From: Eledone cirrhosa
Lineage: Eukaryota
Assembly (NCBI GenBank): GCA_964016885.1
Contig: OZ024742.1
Location: forward strand, 156,922,001-156,986,000
Length of the DNA stretch: 64,000 nt
Direction of reading: 5' to 3'
In this document: positions 1 to 14,016 of the stretch, piece by piece
Layout of the letters: the number at the start of each line of letters is the position of its first letter
How positions within the stretch are numbered: position 1 is the stretch's first letter
Program-made: the position numbers and the translations under genes
Notes under the pieces: model-generated
Seen by the model: the letters and a program-made list of their open reading frames with translations, nothing else
Told to the model about the DNA's origin: nothing
Databases searched by the model: none

Positions 1-76
1 AATGTAACACTGATGTACACTCGCACACGCATACATCCATACACGTGTTTCATAAACGTATATAATCATGTGTAAA

Positions 77-130
<54 letters not shown>

Positions 131-272
131 TTCGTTTCATTCTTTTCCATTTATAGTTTTCGGTGCGCCCGGCCGATTATCTAACTTGATATGCAAATTA
201 GGCTGCTGAGCCGTTAATATCTATAAGGAAAGTACATAATTTTAGACGTTCAATCATCTGACAGGAAGATAT

Positions 273-315
273 ACGATGCTGACGATAGCTAATAAGCTTG
301 AAACTAGTACATCGT
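273..315 (+). ncRNA. Minimal type I hammerhead ribozyme in a probable PLE pLTR remnant (~126-445) between (TA)n tracts
   Basis: ACGATG-CTGACGA-tAGCT aata AGCTt-GAAAC-ta-GTA-CATCGT: perfect 6-bp stem I, CUGANGA core, stem II, GAAA, palindromic CTAG stem III, GUA triplet. Confidence 0.8.
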
Positions 316-954
316 CCATGTGTCAGTGTTGAAACAAAAAAGGCGACGGTGGTTGTCTGAACACTGTACGGCGTAATTCGGGCTCTTTGTTTACAAATAA
401 ACCGAACGTTATAATAAATGTTCGGTAAACCCAGCCGTTATATATATGTTTGCATGTATGTATATGCATACTATTGTACGGCTGTATAAATATATGTATG
501 TAAGTATACATACATACTTATATTTAAGTATCAGCCGTTATTTGATTCGAATAACACGTGATTTCGCCCACTCTGGCCCGCGTGTCTATTTACAATCTCT
601 CTAGCCATGAGGTTAGATGTGCAGTGTTCAGTTTTCGCATTTTGCTGACTGTTGATCCATGTGGACTGATACTATACATATAGGTGGTGAAACGAAGCTA
701 GGTTCGTATCAGCAGAATATAGTTATAAGGTTTGTGATTTAAAATTCCAATCCAGAGATTTGATTCTGATATACAGTAACGGTAAAATCACGTGTAATAA
801 TTATTTACACACATCTCACTGTGTAACACATTTCTTGTTGTGTAGTATATACTTGCATTGGAGCTCGGAAGGAAATTCTCTATTCTTCTTTGAGCTAATA
901 ATACTATTATTAATATTATTACAGTGAACTGCGGAATGCTCTTAATTCCGATTA

Positions 955-1838
<884 letters not shown>

Positions 1839-2489
1839 TAAGGCCACTACTTTATATCCATGTAGGAGAACCCCTACTGATGCGCTAAACGAGAGTGTGA
1901 CATTTTAGTCCAGCCAGTGATTTGAAAACTCTGTTTCAAACACTACACTTGTGACAATTATTGACACATAGTGCTCGGCCCGTGGTACCATGTGACGACA
2001 TGTGCCGAGAGATCTTCAGATATAAAGCAATGCCTGTGCCGTGAAGCTTTTATACTGAGCAAAGGCACTGCACAAAGCTAGTCCCACTCTCTTTACCAAG
2101 ATGATATTTACCAAAAAGAAGAACAAGTCAACATCATTGGATACCATCAGGGTTGCAAGTGTTATATCAGAGTTTTCTTTCTCCTAGAATTCTGCCTTGA
2201 TAAAGGCTAAGGGGTCTTCTCTCGCAGTGATTTTGGATGGCCATTGACGATTAAGATCTCCTCTGCCCTTTGCCAGGTTTTGTCTTTAGTCCTGCAGGAC
2301 GTCTAAAGTCACCCTCCTAACCAAAAAACCTTGATGGGGTTGCCAGTTTAGTCGCCAACGCCCCGATCATGGGACAGGTTGTACTTCAATACATGTTACT
2401 AGTAGCACCAAGCGGTGACCTGACACATATATATATGTACCTGACCTATATATATATATATATATACATACATATATATATATATAATA

Positions 2490-2934
2490 TATAACGGAGG
2501 AAATGTGGTAAGGAACCAGATGCGCCATAACGCACCAAAGTACTCAATACTTAGGGTAGTAGAGTGGGTAATAGGAACGAGTAGGACCCCGACGGCTGAG
2601 CTCTAGCCGTTTCGACGGCTAATTCTGGACTAAATGAAAATTGTTATCCGGGTATTTGAATAGCCGAGCTTCTCAAGGGGTAATTCCAGATATGGTAAAG
2701 CTGATTGTCACAAGGATTGGTCAAAAGTTTGTTGTTGAGACATAATAATTCTATCATAGAATTATTATGTCTCAACAACAAACTTTTGACCAATCCTTGT
2801 GACAATCACTTTTACCATATATGGAATTAACCCTTGAGAAGCTCGGCTATTCAAATACCAGGATAAACATGTTCATTTTGTCCAGAATTAGTCGTCCAAA
2901 CGGCTTGAGCTCAGCCGTCGGGGTCCTACTCGTT

Positions 2935-2939
<5 letters not shown>
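2490..2939. mobile_element. PLE pLTR remnant forming a ~370-bp fold-back palindrome (2571-2939)
   Basis: Arms of ~184 bp centred at ~2755 (..ATAATTCTAT/ATAGAATTAT..); related to 42330-42500; hammerhead-like GAAACGGCT..AGCCGTC; flanked by (TA)n. Confidence 0.75.
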
Positions 2940-2999
<60 letters not shown>

Positions 3000-3000
<1 letters not shown>

Positions 3001-3810
3001 CCATCAATTCCAGGGTTCCAGGTAAATTCTTTTGTTTGACCTGTTTAGCTTTTCTCTTTTTTTTTTTGCTTCGGTGGCTTATGGCTTCTTGACCGCCATT
3101 CTCACTTTCTTTGGCCTCTATAACCTATAAGTATTGCTCTGGTCTTCTTTTACTCCATTGAGCGCTTGCCGCATATCTCTAAAATTGTGTTTCGCTTTGT
3201 TTTTGACCACTGCGGAAATTATATTTGTATTAATCTCCCGGGCCTAGCAATTGACCAGTTAATTCTATTAGCTAATTCTATTATATAATTCTATTGACTG
3301 ATTAATTGCTTAAGTTTATTTTAAAAACAACCCGATCGAGAGCTTAATTCGATTTGTGCAATTGTTTTCAATTCTTGCATTAATTTTACACATGCTGAAT
3401 TCATTCGCCAACAATTGGGGTTACCTCCCTCGCAGAGTAATACACGTGGGGTTATCAATACAACGGATTATGGTGCTGTGATCCGGCTCACTGGCTGAGA
3501 ATAAAATATATGTTGTCGAAGTGGCGGCCTTGTTCGATCATTATACAAAAAGCTTAATATGGAAGCAGGCAGTATAATTAATTTAGGTGTAGTAGAAACC
3601 CTTTACTGGATTATATCATCAATTCAAGTGGTTCAGGTAAATTCTTTCGTTTGACCTGTTTCGCTTCAGTGGCTGATAGCTTCTTGACCGCCATTCTCAG
3701 TTTGTTTGGCCTCTATAATCTATCTGTATTGCTCTGGTCTTCTTTTAGTCCATTTAGCGCTTGCGCATATCTCGAAAATTGCGTTTCGCTTTGTTTTCGA
3801 CCACTGCCGA
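3000..3810. repeat. Diverged direct repeat, ~200-bp units at ~3000-3215 and ~3615-3810
   Basis: Shared blocks CAGGTAAATTCTTT, GCTTCTTGACCGCCATTCTCA, GTATTGCTCTGGTCTTCTTTTA, GTTTCGCTTTGTTTT. Confidence 0.85.
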
Positions 3811-3862
3811 TAACTATATGTATCACCTATCCCCCCCTTTTTTCTCTTTCTCGATACGTAAA

Positions 3863-3897
<35 letters not shown>

Positions 3898-3968
3898 TAT
3901 ATATATATATATGTATATATGTAATAAATGAATATAAATATGTGTATATATATGTATATATAAATGTA

Positions 3969-4041
<73 letters not shown>

Positions 4042-4125
4042 CATATATATACACACATATATATATACATTTATATATACAAATATATATATTTATTTAA
4101 TACATATATAAATTATATATTTATA

Positions 4126-4178
<53 letters not shown>

Positions 4179-4950
4179 AACACGACAATTCCGGCAATAT
4201 ATATACATTAAATGTAGCACACTTCTCTATTAACATTACGTTTCTAATGCTGCAAAAGCAGTAAATGTAATAGATAAGTAAACATTTTAAATTGTACCGT
4301 TTAAAAAAATTGATTGCAAACTTCAGAAAAATATTGTTTTATAACAAATACGCAATTACAGTATGAACCATGAAAGCTTCTTGTTACCTACGGCATCAAA
4401 TACCATTAACAGAAAACATCACATTATAATATTTGTGGTTTTGATATAAATATCAATCTTTATTTTTACTTCCAAGCATTGGGAAAATATATATACATAA
4501 AACTATAAACATTGTTCAATTTCCTTGATCAGAGAACTTCTTCAGCATTATAACAACTCTTGTTGCTTTTGTTTCTTCCTCTCACCGTTTAACAAAGCAT
4601 CGCGTGTTTATTTTCTTATGTTGCTTGCATTCATATATAAATTTCATGTCATCAAATCAGTTTACTTTCATATTTCCGTAAATACATTTTAACAAATCAC
4701 CCCATTCATGGAAATGCTATCAAATACCAATAAAATATAGATAAATTTGGAGTTTAGAATTCGTAAAAAAATAGTTATAAACACACACCTACATATATGG
4801 AGAAAATAATAGCACGACCAAAACCACCAACAAACACAACAGCTATAGTCAACACATCAACAAGAACAACAATCACATCAACAAGAACAACAACAACAAC
4901 AGAAACTATAATTGCAATAAAAAATAATAATAATAATAATAATAATAATA

Positions 4951-5119
4951 ATTGTTTCTACTTTTGGCACATTACATTACTGGTACTTTATTTTATCGAC
5001 CTCTGTATGGATGAAAGGCAAATTTAACCTCGGCGCGATTTGAACTCAGATCGTAAAGGGACGTAACTATGCTGGAAAGCATATCCGACCCTCTACCGAT
5101 ACTGCCAATTCACCGCCCT
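4951..5119 (-). mobile_element. tRNA-derived SINE, near full length, inside (TAA)n
   Basis: Minus strand: A-box-like TGGCAGTATCGG, B-box GAGTTCAAATC, 3' end GTGCCAAAAGTAGAAACAA(TTA)n. Confidence 0.85.
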
Positions 5120-5628
5120 ATAATAATAATAATAGTAATAATAACAATAATAATAATAATAATAATAATGATAATAATATTAATAGTAATAATAATCGAT
5201 ACATGTAGAATATTATGTCAAACTTAACAGCTTTTGAAGGATATGTTTTCTGTATAGCGCACGTAATTGCAGCGAGGTGTAAAATATATTTTTATCACAA
5301 AGTAATAACATTCTGGTAGACCCGACAGTAAATTAAGTATTTTAACTATTACGAAGAATCACATTAAATGAGGGGTTACTGAGGTTAATATTTACTTCTA
5401 ATTGTAATCATTGTTTGAAGGAATCATGAACCGGAAAATTATATATCTGTTATTTTAAACAATGTTGTTCTAGAATTGAGGAGAAAATATGATTTGGCTT
5501 CAAACAATATTATATATAATATGCATGTTGTTATGACTGTTTGTGTATGTTTTGGAAACTATCAACTGATAGAAACCGTATAAATAGTCCCTCAAACTCA
5601 TGATTTTGAATTTTTTTCAAAATTCTAT

Positions 5629-7403
5629 TTGGCGGACGTCTACTGCAACTGGTAACATAATGGAAGAATTCCCAGCTCTGTGAGCCGAGGAACGGTGGCG
5701 CTGCTTACAAAAGAGCCGAACAAGGGGGATGCTAGTAAAGAGGTTGTCGATTGTCGTTGGTGGTCTGATGGGAGAGGCGCAGACGTGCGCCATTCCAGAC
5801 AGATCTATCCACGACAACCTCCACCTCATGCCATACATCGTGGAGAGGGTAGCTAGAGAACCTGGCACGGGTGCGTCCTTGATCAATTTAGATCAGTCGA
5901 GAGTTTTCGATAGGGTCGACCATCGTTATCTGGCGCCATCCTGATGGTCTGCAGCTCGGTACCTAGAGAGGGAGGTCCATGCCGTCCAACAGCGTCGTGG
6001 GGCGCTGGACGGACGGACCGGTTAAATTAGTAGACGGAGAAAAACTGCGACGAGGCGAAGAGCAGGATGGCTTCTCTCACCCAGAAATGGGCGGTGAGGA
6101 AGCTATCCCGGAAAGGTGTAGCGGAACTAGCTAACGCGTACATCGCCTGCGTCATCTACTACCGCCTGACAGTCATGCCTTCTCTAAGCGCTGGAGCGTT
6201 TGCTCTTTCGCTTTTTGTGGAAGGGACGCGCTCCGATGGTTAAGCGGTCCATCTGCTGTCAACACCCGGTACGTGGAGGGCAGGGCTGGCAGTGGCTAAT
6301 GATGCGTAGACACACGCTCAAGTTACGACATCTCGCCCTCTTTCTTGACTGTGAACAGGTATGGTCGACGTTTGCTAGACGCGTCTTTCCCTAGCTCGTC
6401 TCCTTGACGGAGCTACAGTTATAGGTCAAGCGAAGTCCGAGAGGGAGCGCTTGGAGACTGGAATCTTTTCAGGCGCTCACAGCCCTCAATCTATCGGGCA
6501 ATGTGATCGGTGGAAACTCCACCTTGGCGTTCTATAAAGGATTAGTGGAGGGAGGGGGCAAGCGACGAGGTACTTGGGGAAACTCTAGGCGTCGACGAAA
6601 ATCAACTAGCCAATCTCTTCGGAAGGACTTTCGGGCCGGGGCCTATGGACAACTTCCAGAAATCCCTGGCCTGGCAGTGCAACCGAGGAGCTTTGCCTTT
6701 TTGGTATAAACTCTACAGGCATGGAGGTGCCGTCAGACGGGCATGTCCGAGATGCGCGCAAGGCGACGAACCGCCCTGCACGCACTCGTCCAGTGTCCGA
6801 GCTTTTATGTGGAACACGTGCTGTGGCGCGTAGGGCAGACCCAGTCATCAGCTGAGACCATCGCGAGGATAGCCCCGGTCTCCTCCTTTATCCGGGAAGA
6901 GCAGGCACTTTTTATCTGTCTGGTGGCCATGGCGAAAGAGATAGTATGGTGGACATTTTTGAAAGTGTTGAAGACGAGCATTTACCTCTTCGGTGAAGCT
7001 CTGATTAACTTTTTCAAACTTCATTTAAAAAGGAAAATCAGGGTAGAGCGGGAAGTGGTCTCTTCCTAGCATTTTGTTGAAAGATGGGTGAGAGAGGCAA
7101 GAATGGCCCATGTTAATGGGCCTACTCTGAGTATGTGCCTTTAAATTGAAGGTGGACAACTGTAAGAAGGCACTTGCTCGGGTGGTCCGGGTCACCGTGG
7201 TTTTTTTTAAATGAGCTTTCTCCACGAATGTCCCTCTGCAGTCTCCTCCCTATTGGGGTATTTTTCATTGTTTCTTTTTTTGTTACATCCTCTGTTTTTG
7301 TGGGGTTTTTTACACGCAGAAATGCCCATTTGTACCGTCCTGTATTGTCCTATGCTGTCCTTAATGTCTACTTTGTGTAAACCCTTGTGGTTAATAAAGA
7401 GAG

Positions 7404-7404
<1 letters not shown>
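5629..7404 (+). mobile_element. Tx1-type LINE subfamily B, decayed 3' part; inverted duplicate of 17840-19615
   Basis: ORF fragments AQTCAIPDRSIHDN, LFRFLWKGRAPMV, DNFQKSLAW; shares deletions with the 17.8-19.6 kb copy; ends in (TTA)n. Confidence 0.9.
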
Positions 7405-7434
<30 letters not shown>

Positions 7435-8081
7435 GTTCTTTGAGTCTCAGTCATTGATGATATTTAACTAGAAAGTTTGAAATGAATATCAAGCCGCTAC
7501 CTGCAGCCTCAGATATTCAGGATGTATCGGAGGGTTCTTGCTCTTCCCAGCAAGCATGCCTTTTGAAGTGTTCCAAAAACAGGGCTGGACTAACTTTCTT
7601 TAACCATTCTTGAAACTCTTTGAGATAGTACCTAGTGTGCCTATAACAATCGGGACGACTCTGACTTCATGGCAGTTCCAAATCCTTTTTACCTCCCACT
7701 TTAAGTCCTGGTATCGGTTAATTTGTTCCCTCTCCTTTTCTTGCATTCTCGTGTCAAATTGGCAGGCTACATCTACAATCAGGCACGATCTTTTTTCCTC
7801 GTCAAAAACCAGCAGGTCAGGCCTATTGTGTACCAGTTTCTTATCCGTCTGTATCCTAAAATCCCATAGCACCTTCACCTGAACGTTTTCTATCACTGAC
7901 TCTGGCCTATGCTCATACCACTTCTCAGAATGTGGTAAATTGTTTACTTTGCATAGGTGCCAGTGGATCACCCTGCCTATCACATCATGTCTCCAGCCTT
8001 TATAGTGAGTCTGTGCTAGGTGTTTACACTCGGATACAATGTGAGCCACAGTCTCCTCTCTTTCTCCACAGATCCTACACA
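7435..8081 (-). mobile_element. 5'-truncated Dong/R4 family A fragment (zinc knuckle + RLE); inverted copy of 9622-10268
   Basis: ORF 7600-8133: CRICGEREETVAHIVSEC, RHD, NRPDL..IVDVAC. Confidence 0.92.
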
Positions 8082-8104
8082 TTATTATTATTATTGTTAT
8101 TATT

Positions 8105-8272
8105 GTGGCAGTATCTTTAGAGAGTTGGACCACATGCTTTGCAGAATGGAGTTACGACCCTTTAATGTCTGAGTTCAAATCCTGCCGAGGTTAACATTGC
8201 CTTTCATCCCTACGGCATCAATAAAATAAATTACCAGTAATGCATCAGATAATTGCTGGCCTTGTGCCAAAA
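8105..8272 (+). mobile_element. SINE copy (inverted duplicate at ~9431-9598)
   Basis: GAGTTCAAATCC B-box, GCCTTTCATCC body, GGCCTTGTGCCAAAA 3' part. Confidence 0.85.
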
Positions 8273-8822
8273 ATAGTAAGACCCTGTACTCTTTGGTCTG
8301 GTCCAAGATTAGGGAGGTACCACCTGACGCAGGGGGATCTGGCATAGGCAAACTCTGTCTGAGTGAGACTCTGGAGATACTCAGTAGTGGGAGTAACCTA
8401 ATCAACCTTACGGTCGATATCTTTGGTACCTGTAGAGACTTTAGTGCGGAAACCTTCTACAAGCTATATGGATAGCAACCCCTTAGGACGGAAACTTCCC
8501 TCAAGCTATATGGATAGCATCCCCGTCACACTGAGTCCCCGAGACACGAAACCCACCACATATACCCATCTCTCCCCCTCTCCTCTCGTCTCGAATAACA
8601 TTTATAACACCACACTTATCAGAACCGTGCCTCAGGGCTGTGGTCCACCCATCTCTCTCACTGCCATAACTCGAACCCAAGTTAGCGGACACTAGAAAAG
8701 GAGCGAAGTGACCTACGTCGGTGGAGTCCTACGCTGTGTGCAACCAGGCACGCCAAGTAACCGACCACCGGGCCTCACCACTCAACCCCGATTTGTGATC
8801 CGATTATCCGAATCATATGCTA

Positions 8823-9019
8823 TCAAGCCTGATAACATTGCTGAGAAAAGCCTGACAAAGAATCATACAGAGAGTACACAGGACTAATTCATTTATTCTA
8901 GACTTCAATCGGAGATTCTCAGGTGTCTGACAAATAGAATTTTGAAAAAATGAATTAGTCCTGTGTACTCTCTGTATGATTCTTTCTCAAGCTTTTCTCA
9001 GCAATGTTATCAGGCTTGA
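8823..9019. repeat. 72-bp inverted repeat (8823-8894 / 8948-9019) with 53-bp loop
   Basis: TCAAGCCTGATAACATTGCTGAGAAAAG..GGACTAATTCATTT versus its reverse complement, 2 mismatches. Confidence 0.95.
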
Positions 9020-9158
9020 AATTTTCTCATACAATTATTACTCATTTTGAAGCAAAATATTATTCCTTGAACGGTAAATTACTTACAGAGAAGATTTACC
9101 TGCAATGACTAGTATTGCCATACGAAATTATTATTTACGATCCGCTACATGCGGGGAT

Positions 9159-10268
9159 TCTCGGGGACTCAGTGTGACGTTGATGCTATCCATATAGCTT
9201 GAGGGAAGTTTCCGTCCTAAGGGGTTGCTATCCATATAGCTTGAAGAAGGTTTCCGCACTAAAGTCTCTACAGGTACCAAAGAAATCGGCCGTAAGGTTG
9301 ATTAGGTTACTCCCACTACTGAGTATCTCCAGAGTCTCACTCAGACAGAGTTTGCCTATGCTAGATCCCCCTGCGTCAGGTGGTACCTCCCTAATCTTGG
9401 ACCAGACCAAAGAGTACAGGGTCTTACTATTTTTGGCACAAGGCCAGCAATTATCCGATGCATTACTGGTAATTTATTTTATTGATGCCGTAGGAATGAA
9501 AGGCAATGTTAACCTCGGCGGGATTTGAACTCAGACATTAAAGGGTCGTAACTCCATTCTGCAAAGCATGTGGTCCAACTCTCTAAAGATACTGCCACAA
9601 TAATAACAATAATAATAATAATGTGTAGGATCTGTGGAGAAAGAGAGGAGACTGTGGCTCACATTGTAACCGAGTGTATACACCTAGCACAGACTCACTA
9701 TAAAGGCTGGAGACATGATGTGATAGGCAGGGTGATCCACTGGCACCTATGCAAAGTAAACAATTTACCACATTCTGAGAAGTGGTATGAGCATAGGCCA
9801 GAGTCAGTGATAGAAAACGTTCAGGTGAAGGTGCTATGGGATTTTAGGATACAGACGGATAAGAAACTGGTACACAATAGGCCTGACCTGCTGGTTTTTG
9901 ACGAGGAAAAAAGATCGTGCCTGATTGTAGATGTAGCCTGCCAATTTGACACGAGAATGCAAGAAAAGGAGAGGGAACAAATTAACCGATACCAGGACTT
10001 AAAGTGGGAGGTAAAAAGGATTTGGAACTGCCATGAAGTCAGAGTCGTCCCGATTGTTATAGGCACACTAGGTACTATCTCAAAGAGTTTCAAGAATGGT
10101 TAAAGAAAGTTAGTCCAGCCCTGTTTTTGGAACACTTCAAAAGGCATGCTTGCTGGGAAGAGCAAGAACCCTCCGATACATCCTGAATATCTGAGGCTGC
10201 AGGTAGCGGCTTGATATTCATTTCAAACTTTCTAGTTAAATATCATCAATGACTGAGACTCAAAGAAC

Positions 10269-10313
<45 letters not shown>
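9159..10313. repeat. Right arm of large inverted repeat pairing with 7405-8544
   Basis: Near-identical mirrored ORFs (7600-8133 vs 9570-10103; 8293-8475 vs 9228-9410). Confidence 0.95.
9622..10268 (+). mobile_element. 5'-truncated Dong/R4 family A fragment flanked by (TAA)n
   Basis: ORF 9570-10103 with CCHC + RLE; 3' UTR shared with 62370-62444. Confidence 0.92.
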
Positions 10314-10315
<2 letters not shown>

Positions 10316-10562
10316 TTTATTTATTAACCACAAGGGTTTACATAAAGTAGACATTAAGGACAGTGCAGGACAATGCAGGACGGTACAAATGGGCATTTCT
10401 GCGTGTAAAAAACAAAAACAGAGGATGTAACAAAAAATAACAATGAAAAATTCCCCAATAGGGGGGAGACTTCGTAGGGACATTTGTGGAGAAAGCCCAT
10501 TAAAAAGCCACAATGACCCTGACCACCAAGGCAAGTGCCTCTCCCAGTTGTCCACCTTTAAT

Positions 10563-13500
10563 TTACAGATATATACTCAGAGTAGGCCCATTCTCTCGGG
10601 CCATTCTTGCTTCTCTCACCCATCTTTCAACAAAATGCTGGGAAGAGAGCACTTCCCCCTCTACTCTGATTTTCCTTTTCAAATGAAATTTGAAAAAGTC
10701 AATCAGAGCATCACCGAAGAGGTAAGCGCTCGTCTTCAGCCCTTTCAACCGTGTCCACCATACTATCTCTTTCGCCATGGCCACCAGACAGATAAAAACT
10801 GCCTGCCCTTCCCGGCTAAAGGAGGAGGGCGGGGCAATCCTCACGATGGACTCAGATGATAGCCGGATCCGTCCTAAACGCGACAGCAGGTGTTCGACAT
10901 AAACCCACAAGTCAGCTATTTTCGGACACTGGACGAGTGCGTGCAGGACGGTTTCGTCGCCCTGCGCGCATCTCGGACATACCCGGCTGACGGCACCTCC
11001 ATGTCTGTAGAGTTTATCCCGAACTGGCAAGGCTCCTCGGTAGCACTGCCAGGCCAGAGATTTCTGGAAGTTGTCCATAGGCCCTGGCCCGAAAGTTCTT
11101 CCGAAGAGATTGGCTAGTTGATTTTCGTCGACGTCTAGAGTTTCCCCAAGTACGTCGTCGCTCTTCCCCTCCACTAATCCTCTATAGAACGCCGAAGTGG
11201 AGTTTCCACCGATCACATTGCCCGATTGATCGAGAGCTGTGAGCGCCTGAAGACATTCCAGTCTCCAGGCGCTCCCTCTCGGTCTTCGCTTGACCCAGGA
11301 CTGCAGCTCCGTCAAGGAAACGAGCTGGGGAAATACGCGTCTAGCAAACGGCGACCACACCTGATCACCGTCGAGGAAGAGGTGGAGATGTCGTAGCCTG
11401 AGCGCGTGCCTGCGCATCATCAGCCACGGCATGCCCAGCCCTCCACGTAGCGGGTGTTGACAACAGATGGACCGCCTGACCATCGGAGCACGTCCCTTCC
11501 ACAAAAAGCGAAAGAGCAAACGCTCCAGCGCAGTCAGGCGAGGCTTAGGACAAGGTACGACGGTCAGGCGGTAGCAGATGACAGACGCGATGTACGCGTT
11601 AGCGACCTCCGCTCGACCTTTTAGGGATAGCTTCCTCTCCGCCCATTTCTGGGTGAGAGAAGCCACCCTGCTCGTCACCTCGTCCCAGTTTTTGTCCGTC
11701 TGGAGGTCCGGACCGAACCAGACCCCTAGCAATTTAACCGGTCCGTCCGTCCAGCGTCCGACGACGCTGTTGGACGGCATGGACCTGCCTCTCCAGGTGC
11801 CGAGCTGCAGGCCCACTGACTTTTCCTGGTTGATCATTGCTCCTGTCACCGCTTCGTATTCTCTTAGTGTAGTGCCGATCGCCTCGATGTGTTTGGCGTT
11901 CGACACCACTACGGTGACATCGTCCGCATATGCTGACACGGATATTCCGCATCCTAGTTCGCGCGGGACTCCCCTGAACGTCTCCAGTTTGTGCAGTAAT
12001 GGCTCGAGAGTCAATACGTACAAGAGGGACGAGAGGGGACATCCTTGGCGGACCGAACGCATGATGTTGAACGGTTCCGACAGGTGACCGTTCACTCTCA
12101 CCACAGAGCAGATGTCGCTGTGCATGGCAGCGATCCAGCCTCTGAAGACGGGCCCAAAGCCAACCGCCCTCACGACTGCCGCTAGGTAACGATGGTCGAA
12201 CCTATCGAAAGCTTTCGACTGATCTAAATTGATCAAGGACCCACCCGTGCCAGGTTCCTTAGCTACCCTCTCTATGATGTATCGCATGAGGTGGAGGTTG
12301 TCGTGGAAGGATCTGTCGGGAATGGCGCATGTCTGCGCCTCTCCCTCCAGACCACCAACGACAAGCGCCAACCTCTTTGCTAGCACCTTGGCCAAAATAT
12401 TGAACTCTGTGTTTAGCAGAGTTATGGGCCTAACATTATCTATGTTATCTCCCTTGTTCGGATCCTTTCTCAGCAGTGCCACCGCTCCTCGGCTCACAGA
12501 ATTGGGAATTCTCCCGTTCTGTTGCCAGTTGCAGTAGACGTCCGCCAAGAGGCCTCCGAACAAGTCTGGCATCTGTACGTAAAGTTCATAGGGCAGACCA
12601 TCCAAACCAGGCGATTTACCCCTTGTGCAGCCAGTCATTTCCTCCCTTACTTCAGCGGCTGTTATCGGCTTTTCGCAACAATTCGCCTCAGTGGCCGAGA
12701 GCCGCGGCAGTCCGTCGAGGTAGACACTAAAGTCCATCCCTCTACCCGGCCCACCGCTGCCCCCGAACAGCTGAGCGAAGTGTCGCTGTAAAGCTTCACA
12801 CATTTGCCCGGGATCGAGTAGCATGCGCCCGTCGCGGTCCACCAAAGACCGGATCGTGGCTTTGTTGCCACGACGCGCCTCCGCCACTCGGGCCCATTGA
12901 ACGGCTTTCGTCCCCTCGTGTCTGAGAGCACGCACCCTTGCTCTGACAACGCAGCCTTCGTGCTTTGCATTGAATAATTGGTCAAGGGCCAATTTCGCCG
13001 CAAGCACGTCGGTCGCAATGCCTTTGCTAAGCGCCTCATCTAATTTTCTAACTAATTCTCCTTCTGCTCTATTTTTCTCTATTGCTAAAGTCTTACTAAA
13101 CCTAATGAACTCTATTCTAATTGCTCTTTTCAGAGCAAACCACCACTTGTTGTTGACGATGGCCCCCGTCAACGCCCGCTTAACTAGGTCGCTAATCCGG
13201 TCTCTGTAGGCTTTGTTCGCTGGTAAGGACGCGTTTAGCTTCCAGTAGCCGGGTCCTCGTCTATGAAGCCTATCTAATTGAAGCACACAGATCACGAATT
13301 TGTGGTCCGTGTAGCTGACTATCTTGAATTGTGGACAGCCTATGCTAGACCTATCTATTTCCCTACAAAATACTCTATCTAGATATGATCTGGATGACCC
13401 TATGCGATTTGTCCAAGTCCACATTGGTACATTCGGGAAATCCATTCGGTACCTGTCAGACAGTTTAAAACGTCTGAGCAGGTTTGGAGGCTCTTGCACC

Positions 13501-13981
13501 CTCCACCCCTATCCGCTAATCCCACACAGTCCCAGCGTGCATCTAAGATCCCGTTCCAGTCGCCCACTAACACTAAAGAGCGGGACGTTCCAAGAAAGGT
13601 CTCCAGACGCCGGAAGAAATCAGGCCGCCCTGCTCCTGTCGGGGCATAGACGGCCACTAGCCTGAAAGCTTGCCCGTCTCCGCTGGTCACGTCCAGCACC
13701 ACCAGCTTACCCTCTGGGTCCAGGAATATGGCCCGTATGGCGAGATCCAAACCTCTCCGAAAAAGCACAGCAACTCCTCCACCCGATCCAGGGCGGCTGG
13801 GAGATGCGTACACATCGTAGCCGCCGAAGATCGGTGCGAAGGCCCGTGCTTCGGAGATTCTGGTCTCGCTGATGGCCACTACATCTATGTTTAGTGACCT
13901 GAGGTCGTTGAGCAGGTGACCCTGCTTCCATAACGACCCCAAGCCACGCGCATTTATGCTGCCTATTCTGAGTGAGGTCAT
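10563..13981 (-). pseudogene. Tx1-A ORF2 (AP endonuclease + reverse transcriptase + Cys-rich tail), one frameshift near 13485
   Basis: SINARGL, SET, VYAP, GDWN, YLDR, TDH (APE); PGLDG, RPITLLN, RQGCPLS, YADD (RT); CPRC..HALVQC. Confidence 0.95.
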
Positions 13982-14016
13982 GTTTAAAATAGAGTGGAAA
14001 AGATGGGAAAGACCAC

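Noticed and set aside
1840-2425. Possible RTE-like 5' UTR remnant
   Set aside because: Only a short remembered motif (CTAGGAGAAAGAAAACTCTGA on the minus strand), no coding support.
4951-5119. tRNA gene
   Set aside because: A/B-box-like motifs belong to a multi-copy SINE; no cloverleaf.
11578-12087. Conserved antisense ORFs in Tx1 and Dong copies (e.g. 54392-54901, 14333-14971)
   Set aside because: Shadow frames of the sense ORFs; conservation reflects recent copy identity.
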